Shown: positions 24,440 through 35,053 of the stretch, in pieces | Layout: each line of letters starts with the position of its first letter | How positions within the stretch are numbered: position 1 is the stretch's first letter | DNA from: an uncultured Nitrospiraceae bacterium | Lineage (GTDB): Bacteria > Nitrospirota > Nitrospiria > Nitrospirales > Nitrospiraceae | DNA length: 64,000 nucleotides | Direction of reading: 5' to 3' | NCBI GenBank assembly: GCA_963730935.1 | Contig: CAVSTP010000003.1 | Coordinates: forward strand, 192,001 to 256,000 | The notes under the pieces: generated by a model | Seen by the model: only the letters and a program-made list of their open reading frames with translations | Told to the model about the DNA's origin: nothing | The model's database searches: none | Program-made: the position numbers and the translations under genes

Positions 24440-25090
24440 GTGGCGGATCGTGCCTTGGGCGTGCCCTTTGCCAAAGAAGGATTTCCCTTCATTGGCGTGG
24501 CCGCCGGCATTACACTGATCGCAGCATGGCTGGGATGGACCCCGGTCGCCATCGCGGCGGCAATCCTGACCCTCTTCGTGTCGTGGTTTTTCCGCAATCC
24601 GCCGCGCGTGGTTCCTCAGGGACCGAGACTCGTCGTATCTCCCGGGGACGGCAAAGTTCTTGCGGTGGAGGAAGAATTCGAGCCTCGCTACCTCAAGGAA
24701 CGTGCGGTTCGGGTCTCCATTTTCTTGAACGTGTTCGATGTGCACATCAATCGTATTCCCTGCGACGGGATCATCGAAAACGTGCAGTATCAACCCGGAT
24801 TGTTTTTGGTGGCCAGCAAGCCGCACGCCACGTTGCAGAACGAACAGAATGCCGTGATGATCAAGACGGCGGAAGGCGCCAAAGTCCTGTGCGTGCAGGT
24901 CGCGGGATTAATCGCCAGACGCATTGTCTGGTGGGTGAATCCGAAAGACCGAGCGGTGCGTGGAGAGCGCTACGGGCTCATTAGATTTGGGTCTCGAATG
25001 GACACGTATGTGCCGGTCGGGACGGCGATCAGGATCGCGGTCGGTGACCGGGTCAAGGGCGGGGAGACAATTCTAGGAGAATTACGATGA
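24440..25090 (+). CDS. psd: Phosphatidylserine decarboxylase (short type)
   Basis: WFFRNPPR, SPGDG, SIFLNVFDVHINR, QVAGLIARRI, RFGSRMD; GTG start inferred. Confidence 0.9.
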   Translation: MADRALGVPFAKEGFPFIGVAAGITLIAAWLGWTPVAIAAAILTLFVSWFFRNPPRVVPQGPRLVVSPGDGKVLAVEEEFEPRYLKERAVRVSIFLNVFDVHINRIPCDGIIENVQYQPGLFLVASKPHATLQNEQNAVMIKTAEGAKVLCVQVAGLIARRIVWWVNPKDRAVRGERYGLIRFGSRMDTYVPVGTAIRIAVGDRVKGGETILGELR

Positions 25091-25884
25091 AAGGCACAGC
25101 ACTGAGACAATCCTTCGCGAAGGGCGGCAAGCGGCACAAGGCCGCGATGCATCTCATTCCCAATCTGTTTACGACGGGTAATCTCTTTTGCGGCGTCTTC
25201 GCCATCTTGTCCGTATTCAACGCCAACTATTTGGCGGCGGCGGTTGCCATTTTGGTGGCGATGGTGTTCGACGTCTTGGACGGGAAATCAGCAAGGTTGA
25301 CGAATAGCACCAGCCACTTCGGCCTTGAGTACGATTCCCTCTCTGATGTCGTCTCGTTCGGAGTTGCGCCGGGGCTCTTGCTCTATTCCTGGGCGTTGAG
25401 CGGGCAGGGGACGTTTGGCGTGGCCGTGATGTTCGCGTATGTGGCGATGGGTGCGGTCAGGCTCGCTCGATTCAATGCGACTGCGACCCTCTCGGACGGT
25501 AAATATTTTACCGGTCTGGCCATTCCTGCGGCGGCCGGGGTGGTTGCCTCGATGGTGATTTTTGATCATTACATCGTCCGGGTCGGGGCCGAGGTCAAGC
25601 CGATGGCCGTGCTGATCGTGACCCTGCTGCTCTCGTTTTTGATGGTCAGCACGATCAAGTATCGCAGTTTCAAGGACTTGAAATTTCGGGGCCGACAGCA
25701 GATCACCTATTTGGTCTGGGGCATTCTTGCCCTCGTACTAGTAGCGGCCTGGCCCGAAGTTATGCTATTTGTGATGTTCGCCGGTTATGCGTTGTTGGGG
25801 CCGATTGAGCGTGTCGTCGGGATGTTGGCCAAGTTGGCGGGAAAACCAAAGAGAGAGCAGCCGGTCAGCGAACTTAAGTTTTAG
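25087..25884 (+). CDS. pssA: CDP-diacylglycerol-serine O-phosphatidyltransferase
   Basis: IPNLFT, DVLDGKSAR...FGLEYDSLSDVVSFGVAP, RLARFN. Confidence 0.93.
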   Translation: MKGTALRQSFAKGGKRHKAAMHLIPNLFTTGNLFCGVFAILSVFNANYLAAAVAILVAMVFDVLDGKSARLTNSTSHFGLEYDSLSDVVSFGVAPGLLLYSWALSGQGTFGVAVMFAYVAMGAVRLARFNATATLSDGKYFTGLAIPAAAGVVASMVIFDHYIVRVGAEVKPMAVLIVTLLLSFLMVSTIKYRSFKDLKFRGRQQITYLVWGILALVLVAAWPEVMLFVMFAGYALLGPIERVVGMLAKLAGKPKREQPVSELKF

Positions 25885-26197
25885 CGGCAGCGACGAGGAG
25901 TAGTAAACAACGGTTCAGGAAAAAGAATGTTGAAAGCGGTCGTCCAGCAAGGCCGCTGTTTGTAACATTCTCCAGAGAGCTGGCGGGTGGTGCAAGCCAG
26001 TCCGGGACCCTGTTGAACTCGCCTCCGAGCCGAATCCGTGAAACGAGAGTAATGGATTCCGATTCGCCCTCGTGACGGGCCGAATGAAGGGTGGGGAATG
26101 GCCCAACGGTCGTTCAACACCGAACCAGGGTGGTACCACGAAGCGCGTCAAGCCTTCGTCCCTGAACGAAAGACAGGGATGAAGGCTTTTGCTTTTT
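25885..26197 (+). promoter_or_regulatory. T-box riboswitch (Leu, CUC specifier) upstream of leuA
   Basis: Stem I 25885-26031 with AGTAGTAA, AG box AGAGAG (25974-79), GGTG loop, specifier GAA-CTC (CUC 26018-20); T-box AACCAGGGTGGTACCACG (26123-40); terminator AAGCCTTCGTCCCTG/CAGGGATGAAGGCTT plus T tract. Confidence 0.92.
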
Positions 26198-26291
26198 GAG
26201 GCCGATGAAAAATGGGATTGGCCTTGCAGAAAATCCATTTTGATGGACTTCGGTCACACTGTGAACCACGAAGAACAGAAGGGGTGACACG

Positions 26292-27839
26292 ATGACGCGC
26301 ATGATCAGGATCTTCGATACGACGTTGCGGGATGGCGAACAATCCCCTGGCGCCAGCATGAACGTGGAGGAGAAAGTGATGGTCGCCAAGCAGCTGGCGC
26401 GGCTCGGTGTCGACATCATCGAGGCAGGCTTCGCCTACAGCTCGCCGGGGGATTTCGAGTCCGTCCGGCGCATCGCGCAGGAGGTCGAAGGCCCGACGAT
26501 CTGCAGTCTCGCCCGGGCGCGCCCTGAGGACATCGATCGGGCCTGGGAAGCCTTGAAGGGTGCGCCAAAGGTTCGCATCCACACCTTTCTTTCAACGTCG
26601 GACATCCACTTGAAGCATCAGTTCCGGATGACTCGCGACGAAGCCAAGAAGCGCGCCGTGGAGATGGTGCAGCGGGCCAGAGGGTACGTGGACGACGTGG
26701 AATTTTCGCCGATGGATGCCAGCCGTTCGGACCCCGCCTACCTCTACGAAGTCATCGAGGCAGTCATCAGCGCCGGCGCAGGCACGGTCAACATTCCCGA
26801 TACCGTGGGCTATGCGATTCCCCAGGAGTTTGGCAAGCTCATCAGAGGGATCCGTGAACATGTGCCGAACAGCGGCAAGGCGGTCATCTCGGTGCATTGC
26901 CACAATGATCTCGGATTGGCAGTGGCGAATAGTCTCGCGGCAGTCATCGAAGGGGCGGGGCAAGTCGAGTGCACCATCAATGGGATCGGCGAACGGGCGG
27001 GCAATACGTCGTTGGAAGAGATCGCCATGGGATTGCGGACCCGCAAGGACTTGTATCAAGCCGACACCACGATTCACACGGAAGAGATCTCGAAGACGAG
27101 CCGGCTGGTCAGCAAGATCACCGGGATGGTTGTGCAACCGAACAAGGCCATCGTGGGAGCGAACGCGTTTGCCCACACGTCCGGCATTCACCAGGACGGG
27201 CTGCTGAAGGACAAAACGACCTATGAAATCATGCGGCCGGAGTCAATCGGGTTGGTGGAAAGCAAGATGGTGATGGGCAAGCTTTCCGGTCGTCATGCGT
27301 TCCGTCAGCGGCTCGAGGAGCTGGGGTACAAACTGACCGACGAGGAAATCAATCACGCGTTCGAACGCTTCAAGAAACTCGCCGATCACAAGAAGGAGAT
27401 CTATGAAGAGGATCTTGAAGTGATTGTGTCGGAGGAACTGGCCAAAATGGCCGACCGCATCACGCTGAAATCCTTCAGCGTGAAGAGCGGGACGGATCAA
27501 GTGCCGACCGCCACCGTCGAGTTGGAAGTCGACGGGAAGGCCATCAGCCAGACAGGGACTGGGGACGGACCGGTGGACGCCGTCTATCGGACAATCGCCG
27601 CAATTACCCAGACCAAGAGCAAGCTGCTCATGTACGTGGTCAAGGCGATTACCGGCGGGACCGATGCGCAGGGCGAGGTCTCTGTCCGCGTGCAGGAAGA
27701 TGGGCGGACCGTTTCAGGCCATGGCGCCGATACCGACATCATCACGGCTTCGGCGCGCGCGTATTTAAGCGCCCTCAACAAGCTGGCATACCTGGCCGCG
27801 AAACAGGCGCAGGGCGAGCAGAAGGTGAACTTGATCTGA
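26292..27839 (+). CDS. leuA: 2-isopropylmalate synthase
   Basis: [36 protein letters not shown] regulatory domain. Confidence 0.97.
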   Translation: MTRMIRIFDTTLRDGEQSPGASMNVEEKVMVAKQLARLGVDIIEAGFAYSSPGDFESVRRIAQEVEGPTICSLARARPEDIDRAWEALKGAPKVRIHTFLSTSDIHLKHQFRMTRDEAKKRAVEMVQRARGYVDDVEFSPMDASRSDPAYLYEVIEAVISAGAGTVNIPDTVGYAIPQEFGKLIRGIREHVPNSGKAVISVHCHNDLGLAVANSLAAVIEGAGQVECTINGIGERAGNTSLEEIAMGLRTRKDLYQADTTIHTEEISKTSRLVSKITGMVVQPNKAIVGANAFAHTSGIHQDGLLKDKTTYEIMRPESIGLVESKMVMGKLSGRHAFRQRLEELGYKLTDEEINHAFERFKKLADHKKEIYEEDLEVIVSEELAKMADRITLKSFSVKSGTDQVPTATVELEVDGKAISQTGTGDGPVDAVYRTIAAITQTKSKLLMYVVKAITGGTDAQGEVSVRVQEDGRTVSGHGADTDIITASARAYLSALNKLAYLAAKQAQGEQKVNLI

Positions 27840-27904
27840 GGATCTCCCTCACGGTACAGTGCCCTCTTCGTTTGGCGCTGTCCTGTGGCGGAAGGAATGC
27901 CTCC

Positions 27905-28267
27905 GTGTTCAAAGTCAGGGCCTCTGATCGTCCTCAATTCCTTGCCGGCGACCATACGCGGCTTCGAGAAGTCCTTCATCCAGCCCAGCACCCGCTGAAA
28001 CTTGGATACAGCCTCGCCCATGGGATTTTGGGGCCCGGCCAGCGCTCGAAGTGGCATGTACTGGACTCCTCGGAGGTCTATTATTTCCTCGCCGGGGAGG
28101 GAAGGTTCATGATTGACGATGAGGTGACGAGCGTGGAACCCGGCACCACCGTGTACGTACCACCGGGGGGAAGGCAATCATTGGAGAATACCGGCAGTCA
28201 GAATATCGAATTCCTCTGTCTGGTTGATCCGGCGTGGAAGGCAGAGGACGAACGTATTTTAGAATGA
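27905..28267 (+). CDS. Cupin domain protein
   Basis: LREVLHP, YSLAH, H...SEVYYFLAGEG, VYVPPG..QSLEN; GTG start after GGAAGGA. Confidence 0.85.
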   Translation: MFKVRASDRPQFLAGDHTRLREVLHPAQHPLKLGYSLAHGILGPGQRSKWHVLDSSEVYYFLAGEGRFMIDDEVTSVEPGTTVYVPPGGRQSLENTGSQNIEFLCLVDPAWKAEDERILE

Positions 28268-28311
28268 CTGCCGTGGTGACCGAGATCTTGTGCTAGAGGG
28301 AGGCGAGGATC

Positions 28312-29385
28312 GTGAAGGCAAAAATCGCAGTCTTGGCAGGCGATGGCGTAGGCCGTGAAATTGTGCCAGAAGCGGTCAAAGTCTTGAAAGCCGTCGCTGA
28401 AAAATGCGGGCATACGTTCGGCTTTACACAAGGCGACATCGGCGGACAAGCCATCGATAAGGTCGGCGTGCCGCTGCCTCAAGACACCTTGAGCTTGGCC
28501 AAGCAAAGCGACGCCGTGCTGCTGGGCGCGGTCGGGGGACCCAAGTGGGAAGGACTGGACTACAGTTTGAGGCCCGAGCGCGCGCTGCTGGGCATCCGCG
28601 AAGCCCTTGGACTGTATGCAAATTTGCGGCCGGCCAAGCTGTACCCCAATTTGGCCGATGCCTCGACCTTGAAAAAAGAAGTCGTGGAAGGCATCGACAT
28701 CCTGGTGGTTCGCGAGTTGACCGGCGGAATCTACTTCGGCAAACCGAAGGGCATCGAGAAATTACCAAACGGGAGCGAGCGCGGCACCAATACCGAGGTG
28801 TATACGACGGAGGAAATTCGCCGGATCGCCGTCGTGGCCTTTGAAGCCGCCCGCAGGCGTCGGAAGAAAGTCGTCTCGGTCGACAAGGCGAATGTGTTGG
28901 AGTCTTCCGAGTTGTGGCGACGCGTCGTCACCGGCGTGCACAAAGACTACCCCGACGTCGATCTCGGGCATATGTATGTGGACAACGCGGCGATGCAGCT
29001 GGTGCGCAATCCCCGCCAGTTCGACGTCATGCTCTGCAACAACATGTTCGGCGATATCCTGAGCGACGAAGCCGCGATGCTGACCGGCTCGATCGGCATG
29101 CTGCCTTCCGCCAGCCTCGGCGCGCAAGTGGGGCTCTTTGAGCCGATTCATGGAAGCGCGCCCGACATTGCCGGTAAAAATATCGCCAATCCCATCGCGA
29201 CGATCGCATCGGCGGCCATGATGCTGTCCTATGGGTTCAAGCTCGACAAGGAAGCGGAACTGGTCGAGCAGGCGATCGTCAAGACACTGGATCTCGGCTA
29301 CCGAACCAAGGACATCCAAAGTCCCGGCATGCGGGTCGTTGGAACCACCGAGATGGGTGATGCCATCGTGCGAAGTCTTGGATGA
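28312..29385 (+). CDS. leuB: 3-isopropylmalate dehydrogenase
   Basis: [42 protein letters not shown]. Confidence 0.97.
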   Translation: MKAKIAVLAGDGVGREIVPEAVKVLKAVAEKCGHTFGFTQGDIGGQAIDKVGVPLPQDTLSLAKQSDAVLLGAVGGPKWEGLDYSLRPERALLGIREALGLYANLRPAKLYPNLADASTLKKEVVEGIDILVVRELTGGIYFGKPKGIEKLPNGSERGTNTEVYTTEEIRRIAVVAFEAARRRRKKVVSVDKANVLESSELWRRVVTGVHKDYPDVDLGHMYVDNAAMQLVRNPRQFDVMLCNNMFGDILSDEAAMLTGSIGMLPSASLGAQVGLFEPIHGSAPDIAGKNIANPIATIASAAMMLSYGFKLDKEAELVEQAIVKTLDLGYRTKDIQSPGMRVVGTTEMGDAIVRSLG

Positions 29386-29389
29386 TGCC

Positions 29390-30583
29390 GTGAACATCGA
29401 TACCCGCCTTGGCACCATGCGAACCGTTGCCGGCAACGGGACACCTGGTTTCTCCGGGGACGGCGGCCCTGCCGTCGCCGCCTCTCTGAATGAACCGAAA
29501 AACCTGTGCCTCGACGGCCACGGGAATCTGCTCATCGCCGATTCCGAAAACCATGTTATACGCAAGGTTGATCGGGTGAGCGGCACCATCCAGACGGTCG
29601 CTGGAGGGTCCGCAATGCCGTCCGCGCAGGGAAGGGCTGCAGAGCAGGCCGCCGTCTCGGCCGACGATCCCTTCAGCGAAGGGAACACGACTGCTGGCAC
29701 GGCCTTCGCCCAGCAGGCGGACCTGAGCGGGACGGTGCGCTACGTGGTGAACGGGATCGGCGTGGCCAAGCGGCTTGCAGGAGACGGAGGGCCGGCGCCA
29801 AAAGCGCTCTTGAATTTTCCGACGGCGATTGCCGTGGACCAAGATGGTCATTTGTATATTGCCGATACCATGAATCACCGCATTCGTCGGGTGGACGCCA
29901 GGACAGGTCTGATATCCACGCTCGCAGGGGTGGGCCACCCGCGATTCAGTGGCGATGGCGGCCCATCGGTCAACGCCGGGCTGAACGAGCCGGCTGCCCT
30001 GGCGGTGCACGGAACCCGTGTGTATATCGCGGATCAGAGCAACAATCGCGTCCGAATGATCGATGTGGCAACCGAGATCATCACCACCGTCGCCGGCACC
30101 GGGTCGGCTGGATATAATGGCGACGGGATGGCTGCGGCCGAAGCCTCTCTTGCCGGTCCCAGCGGCCTGACGGTCGGCGCGGATGGCACGCTGTACATCG
30201 CTGACACGTTCAACGGGAGGATCCGTGGCGTCGATCCCACGACCGGCATGATCAGCACCGTCGTCGGTGATGGCGTAGATTACCGTTATCAGGGTCCAAC
30301 AGAGACCTCGTCGGGCAGCCTGTCTCGTCCCTCGGGAATTGCCCTTGATCCTGACGGGAATCTGGTAATCACCGACTCCGACAATCATCTAGTGCGCCGG
30401 TGGGAGCGAGCGACCCGCCGGATCGACCGGCTCGCCGGCACCGGCGAAGCCAGCGGGGGAGGCGACGGAGGACCGGCGCTCGCGGCTGGGTTATCCTATC
30501 CCTTCGGCATCGTCGTTGACGCGAACGGCCGTCTGTTGGTGGCAGACACGTTCAACCACCGGATACGCGAAATCATTCTCTAG
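29390..30583 (+). CDS. NHL-repeat (beta-propeller) protein
   Basis: About 6 repeats of TVAGxG..GFSGDGGPA..A.LN.P..IA.D..G.LYIAD..NHRIR; GTG start inferred. Confidence 0.85.
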   Translation: MNIDTRLGTMRTVAGNGTPGFSGDGGPAVAASLNEPKNLCLDGHGNLLIADSENHVIRKVDRVSGTIQTVAGGSAMPSAQGRAAEQAAVSADDPFSEGNTTAGTAFAQQADLSGTVRYVVNGIGVAKRLAGDGGPAPKALLNFPTAIAVDQDGHLYIADTMNHRIRRVDARTGLISTLAGVGHPRFSGDGGPSVNAGLNEPAALAVHGTRVYIADQSNNRVRMIDVATEIITTVAGTGSAGYNGDGMAAAEASLAGPSGLTVGADGTLYIADTFNGRIRGVDPTTGMISTVVGDGVDYRYQGPTETSSGSLSRPSGIALDPDGNLVITDSDNHLVRRWERATRRIDRLAGTGEASGGGDGGPALAAGLSYPFGIVVDANGRLLVADTFNHRIREIIL

Positions 30584-30613
30584 GGGCGGGAAGATTGTGA
30601 TGGGTGCTCAGCC

Positions 30614-31636
30614 ATGCTGAAGAAAAAGTCGTCCTATGTAATGGCGATCCTCGGCGCGACCGGGGCCGTGGGAAAAGAGACGCTCGAGATTCTTGATGAG
30701 CGCAAATTTCCCATCGCCGGACTTCGATTGTTCGCGTCGAAGCGTTCAGCCGGAGGGGTCCTGACCTGTCAAGGGAAGGAGTGGACGGTCGAGGAATTGG
30801 CGCCCGAGTCTTCGTTTGCCGGCGTCGACATTGCGCTCATTTCGGCGACGGACCCGATCAGCCGCGAATATGGCGAGCGCTTAGGAAAAGCGGGCATCAT
30901 CGTCATCGACGATAGCGGCGTCTTCCGTATGGACGCGAACGTCCCCTTGGTCGTCCCCGAAGTGAATGCTCAGGCACTCTCCTCCATGCCTCGTGGGATT
31001 GTCTCGATCCCGAACTGTACGACCACTCCTTTGGTCATGGCGCTCAAGCCACTGCAAGATACGGCCGGGATCAAGCGGGTAGTCGTCACGACGTTTCAAT
31101 CCGTGTCGGGCACCGGCGCGGCCGCCATGGATGAATTGGTGACTCAAACGAAGGATCTCATGGCATTTCGTGATGTGAAGGCTGCAGTGTATCCCTATCA
31201 GATCGCCTTCAATCTCCTGCCGCACATTGGCTCCTTCAACGAGCAGGGCGACTGTTCGGAAGAGGTGAAGATCGCCAATGAAACGAGAAAAATTCTCGGG
31301 TCCCCGACACTTCGCGTCACGGCCACGACGGTTCGCGTGCCGGTGCTGCGCTGTCATTCAGAGGCGATCAACGTGGAATTGAATGCCCCGCTGAAGCCGA
31401 ACGAAGCGCGGGCCGCTTGGGCCGCGATGCCCGGCGTGATCGTGTATGATGATCCCAACCGGAAGCTCTATCCCATGCCGCTCGATGCGACCGGAAAGGA
31501 TGAGGTGTACATCGGACGGATCAGGGAAGATCCCTCTGTCACGAACGGGTTGAACCTCTGGGTGGTATCAGACAATCTCCGGAAGGGCGCTGCGCTCAAC
31601 GCCGTGCAGATTGCCGAATGCCTAGTCAACGGCTGA
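30614..31636 (+). CDS. asd: Aspartate-semialdehyde dehydrogenase
   Basis: ILGATGAVG, PLVVPEVN, PNCTT, QSVSGTG, DNLRKGAALNAVQIAE. Confidence 0.96.
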   Translation: MLKKKSSYVMAILGATGAVGKETLEILDERKFPIAGLRLFASKRSAGGVLTCQGKEWTVEELAPESSFAGVDIALISATDPISREYGERLGKAGIIVIDDSGVFRMDANVPLVVPEVNAQALSSMPRGIVSIPNCTTTPLVMALKPLQDTAGIKRVVVTTFQSVSGTGAAAMDELVTQTKDLMAFRDVKAAVYPYQIAFNLLPHIGSFNEQGDCSEEVKIANETRKILGSPTLRVTATTVRVPVLRCHSEAINVELNAPLKPNEARAAWAAMPGVIVYDDPNRKLYPMPLDATGKDEVYIGRIREDPSVTNGLNLWVVSDNLRKGAALNAVQIAECLVNG

Positions 31637-31896
31637 TGACCGAGTGGGGAGGAGGAGGTTTCGGCAAGCTCCTCATCGGCCTTGGCGTGGCGGTCGCACT
31701 GGTAGGAGGGCTGTTACTGCTCGCCGATCGGATCCTAGGCGTGAGCCACCTCTTAAGCTGGATGGGCAAGCTCCCCGGCGATATTTTCATAAAACGCGAC
31801 AATTTCAGCTTCTTTTTCCCTCTCGGCACCAGTATCGTCCTGAGCGTCGTCCTCAGTCTGGTATTCTATCTCTTATCATGGATTTTTCGCCGGTGA
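31636..31896 (+). CDS. DUF2905 family membrane protein
   Basis: GKLLIGLG...GKLPGDI.IKRDNFSFFFPLGTSIVLSVVLS. Confidence 0.88.
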   Translation: MTEWGGGGFGKLLIGLGVAVALVGGLLLLADRILGVSHLLSWMGKLPGDIFIKRDNFSFFFPLGTSIVLSVVLSLVFYLLSWIFRR

Positions 31897-33098
31897 GGCC
31901 GACCGTCCATCGCATAGCGATCGCCGTGACTGCCTGGCTACTGCTTGCGGGCGGAGCGTCTAGGGTGGAGGGGGCGCAATCGATCCGCGTCCTTCTGTCG
32001 TCCGATGTCCACAAGCTGGATGTGCAAGCGGAGGGCGCCGTGTGGCTGACCGATTCGAGCCGCCATGGGCGCGCGATCCGCTCGAGCGCACATATCACCG
32101 TGCATGGGAAAGGATTTCTGGTCAACGGTGTCCGCATGGCCCATGAACGGTTGACCATGCGGGCTGGCGAACAAGGGCTGACCTTGATGCTGGTCAAGCC
32201 GAATGAGAAGGCGCCCAGCGCTGCGAACGATCAACGCTTCACCGTTCCGGTCAGCGGCTTGGTTCATATCGTGCGAAAGGGCAAGGGCTTCCTCGTCATC
32301 AATCAGGCAGATTTGGAAGAATACGTCAAAGGTGTCGTTCCTGCCGAAGTCAATTCATCCTGGCATCCGGAAATGCTCAAGGCGCAGGCCGTGGCGGCAC
32401 GCACCTATGCGTTGTACCAGCAAATGCTGAGCGCCGCGCGCGACTATGACGTGGTGGCCACGGTGCAGGACCAAGTCTACAAAGGCAAGAACGGCGTCGA
32501 TGCAGCGGTCTCGCGAGCGGTCGACGAAACTCGGGGGCTCGTCCTTACCTATCAGAATGCGCCGATCTATGCCGCGTTCTCCTCGACAGCGGCGGGACTT
32601 ACTGAAGACGCGATGAATGTCTGGGCAAAAGACTACCCCTATCTGAAAGGCGTCGAATGTCCGTTTGATTTGGACTCGCCGTATTACCATTGGACGGTCT
32701 CGTTTCGGCTGGACAAGCTCGAGGAGAGCCTGCGTCAACAGGGGTTTGCGGTAGGGGCCATCGCCTCGATGGAACCGCTGTTGTTCAGCCGGGGCGGCCG
32801 CGTCGCCAAGCTTCGGGTCGTCCATTCGGAGGGAGAGCTCATTTTGCGCGGCGAAGATCTCCGCAAAGCGGTGGGGTATTCGATCGTGCCCAGCACACAG
32901 TTCACCATCGATTCCATCGGACAGGACATCGTGCTCTCAGGCTACGGCGCCGGTCACGCCGTCGGCATGTGCCAATGGGGCGCGAAGGAACTGGCCCAAT
33001 TGGGGTATCCTTTCTCGACGATTTTGTCCTACTACTACCCAGGGACAGAGTTACAGGATATGTCGCTCACCAAGCAGCCTATCCCGCCGAGTTCGTAA
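31893..33098 (+). CDS. SpoIID/LytB domain protein
   Basis: LEEYVKGVVPAE, LKAQAVAARTYA, DQVYKG, GAGHAVGMCQWGA, ILSYYYPG; GTG start inferred. Confidence 0.9.
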   Translation: MRPTVHRIAIAVTAWLLLAGGASRVEGAQSIRVLLSSDVHKLDVQAEGAVWLTDSSRHGRAIRSSAHITVHGKGFLVNGVRMAHERLTMRAGEQGLTLMLVKPNEKAPSAANDQRFTVPVSGLVHIVRKGKGFLVINQADLEEYVKGVVPAEVNSSWHPEMLKAQAVAARTYALYQQMLSAARDYDVVATVQDQVYKGKNGVDAAVSRAVDETRGLVLTYQNAPIYAAFSSTAAGLTEDAMNVWAKDYPYLKGVECPFDLDSPYYHWTVSFRLDKLEESLRQQGFAVGAIASMEPLLFSRGGRVAKLRVVHSEGELILRGEDLRKAVGYSIVPSTQFTIDSIGQDIVLSGYGAGHAVGMCQWGAKELAQLGYPFSTILSYYYPGTELQDMSLTKQPIPPSS

Positions 33099-33116
33099 GG
33101 CCTTCTCTCAAACGAG

Positions 33117-34157
33117 ATGCAGTTGTCCCAATTCAATTTCCCCTTCGATGCATCGCTCATCGCGACGGAACCGGTGCTTCCGCGGGAACAGGCGAGACTG
33201 CTTGTGCTGAACCCGCGTGATCGTTCCATCACCCATCGCCGGATTGACGATCTGCCGGACCTACTGACGCCGGGCGATCTGCTCGTGGTCAACGACACCC
33301 GCGTCCGGCCGGCGCGTGTGAAGGGACGGAAGCCGTCAGGACGATCCGTGGACGTTTTATTCGTAAAAGCGGTGACCGATCGAGACTGGGAGGTCTTGAT
33401 GAAGGGCACCTGGCGTGCGGGACAGGTCATCGAGGTGGCCCCTGATGCCTGGTTGACCGTTCTCAGCCGGGAAGGCGGCCGAACGGTGGTCCGCATCGAA
33501 GGAGCCCTTCCTGTGGCGGACTGGTTTCAAGCGCATGGCTGCATGCCCTTGCCTCCGTACATCAAGCGGCCGCCGACTGACCAGGATCGCGAATGGTATC
33601 AGACCGTTTTTGCCAAAGAGGAAGGGGCGATTGCCGCCCCCACGGCGGGCCTTCACTTTACTCCGGCGCTGTTGACCCAGTTGGCCACGCGGCGTGTCGA
33701 GGTGGCCAAGGTCACGCTGCATGTCGGGGTTGGAACGTTCAAACCCGTCACGGCAGATCGCATTGAAGAACATCGAATGGAACCGGAATACGTGGAAGTG
33801 GGGGCGGAGACCGTTCGGGCGATTGAAGAAACCAGGCGGCGAAAAGGAAAAGTCGTAGCCGTGGGAACGACGGTCGTGAGGGCGCTCGAATCAGCGGTTT
33901 CTGGACCGGAAACTCTGCAAGCCTATCGAGGAGAAACGCGCCTATTCATAAAGCCTGGGTATCGCTTCCAGATTGTTGAGGGACTGTTGACGAATTTTCA
34001 TCTCCCCCAAACTACTTTGCTGATGTTGGTGTCCGCCTTTGCCGGCACTGAATTTTTGAGGCAAGCCTACGATGAGGCGGTGCGGCTGCGCTACCGGTTC
34101 TACAGCTATGGTGATGCGATGTTGATCACCGGGCGTCAGGGGCTGGCCGGCAGCTAG
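33117..34157 (+). CDS. queA: S-adenosylmethionine:tRNA ribosyltransferase-isomerase
   Basis: PLPPYIKR, YQTVFA, AAPTAGLHFT, TNFHLP, YRFYSYGDAM. Confidence 0.96.
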   Translation: MQLSQFNFPFDASLIATEPVLPREQARLLVLNPRDRSITHRRIDDLPDLLTPGDLLVVNDTRVRPARVKGRKPSGRSVDVLFVKAVTDRDWEVLMKGTWRAGQVIEVAPDAWLTVLSREGGRTVVRIEGALPVADWFQAHGCMPLPPYIKRPPTDQDREWYQTVFAKEEGAIAAPTAGLHFTPALLTQLATRRVEVAKVTLHVGVGTFKPVTADRIEEHRMEPEYVEVGAETVRAIEETRRRKGKVVAVGTTVVRALESAVSGPETLQAYRGETRLFIKPGYRFQIVEGLLTNFHLPQTTLLMLVSAFAGTEFLRQAYDEAVRLRYRFYSYGDAMLITGRQGLAGS

Positions 34158-34852
34158 AGCACTTCTCGCCTGATGGTGATCGGAAGCGTCGCTTTGAGCG
34201 ATTGAGCGTAGGCGGCCAACGTCCGTTGTTGCTTTTGGAACAACACATCCTGGATGGCTCGGTCCTTTGCCGCAACGGCTTTAGCGGGGTCGGGATCCGG
34301 CTGCCTCAGCATCAGGGCTTGGGCCTCCGTCAGCTCCGCGGGCGTCAGGGCAACGGCCTCACTCACCACCATGCGGGCCTTGAGACTGAGCAGTTCCTTG
34401 GACTGCACCGCTTCGAACATCGAGGGCGTGAGGTGGTTCGCGGCCAGCAATCGTTGGTAGTGCTCTGGATCGAAGCGGCCGTTCCTCTGGAACTCAGGAA
34501 TTTGCATGATCGAGGCTCGTAAATCTTCATCGGAGACTGACAGACCCATGTTGTGGGCGGCGATGAGCCACACCCGGTGATCCACGAGTTGCTCGACCAC
34601 GTATTGCTTGATCGTTTCGTCTTTGAACTCTCCCGGCACTTTTTCTTTGTAGAACCGGTAGGTGTTTTCGTAGGCGCGCTTGAATTCCTCCGAAGAAATC
34701 GAAAGGTCGCCGACGGTCGCGACGATGGAGCCGGTATGTTCGCCGAAGCCCCACCAACCCATGCCCACGATGAAGGTGACGGCGATGAAGCCCATCGTGA
34801 TGGCTAAAAACCACGGGTATTTTTCATTTGCGAATCGAAGAACTTTGATCAT
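34154..34852 (-). CDS. SurA/PpiD N-terminal domain protein
   Basis: N-terminal TM, VATVGD..IS, VSDEDLR..I...PEFQRNGRFD..Y..LL. Confidence 0.8.
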   Translation of the reverse strand: MIKVLRFANEKYPWFLAITMGFIAVTFIVGMGWWGFGEHTGSIVATVGDLSISSEEFKRAYENTYRFYKEKVPGEFKDETIKQYVVEQLVDHRVWLIAAHNMGLSVSDEDLRASIMQIPEFQRNGRFDPEHYQRLLAANHLTPSMFEAVQSKELLSLKARMVVSEAVALTPAELTEAQALMLRQPDPDPAKAVAAKDRAIQDVLFQKQQRTLAAYAQSLKATLPITIRREVL

Positions 34853-35053
34853 CGATCAATCCGTCGTTGTCTTTTTGGAAAAGATCGCGGATTGTACGGC
34901 AGCGTCGTGGCCAAAGGCAAGTCTCCGTCGTTCAAGGCGTCCATGGTTCGCAGCGTCAAAGAATGCCGATTCGTTTGTGCTAGGTGCTCGTCTTTGCTAT
35001 ACTTTGTCCCTAATTACGAGGAGATCCCTGGCGAGCAGGCGGGGATCCATCCA

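Noticed and set aside
28762..30388. Long minus-strand ORFs (312 and 369 aa)
   Set aside because: Antisense to leuB and the NHL gene; explained by high-GC codon bias, with no recognisable motifs
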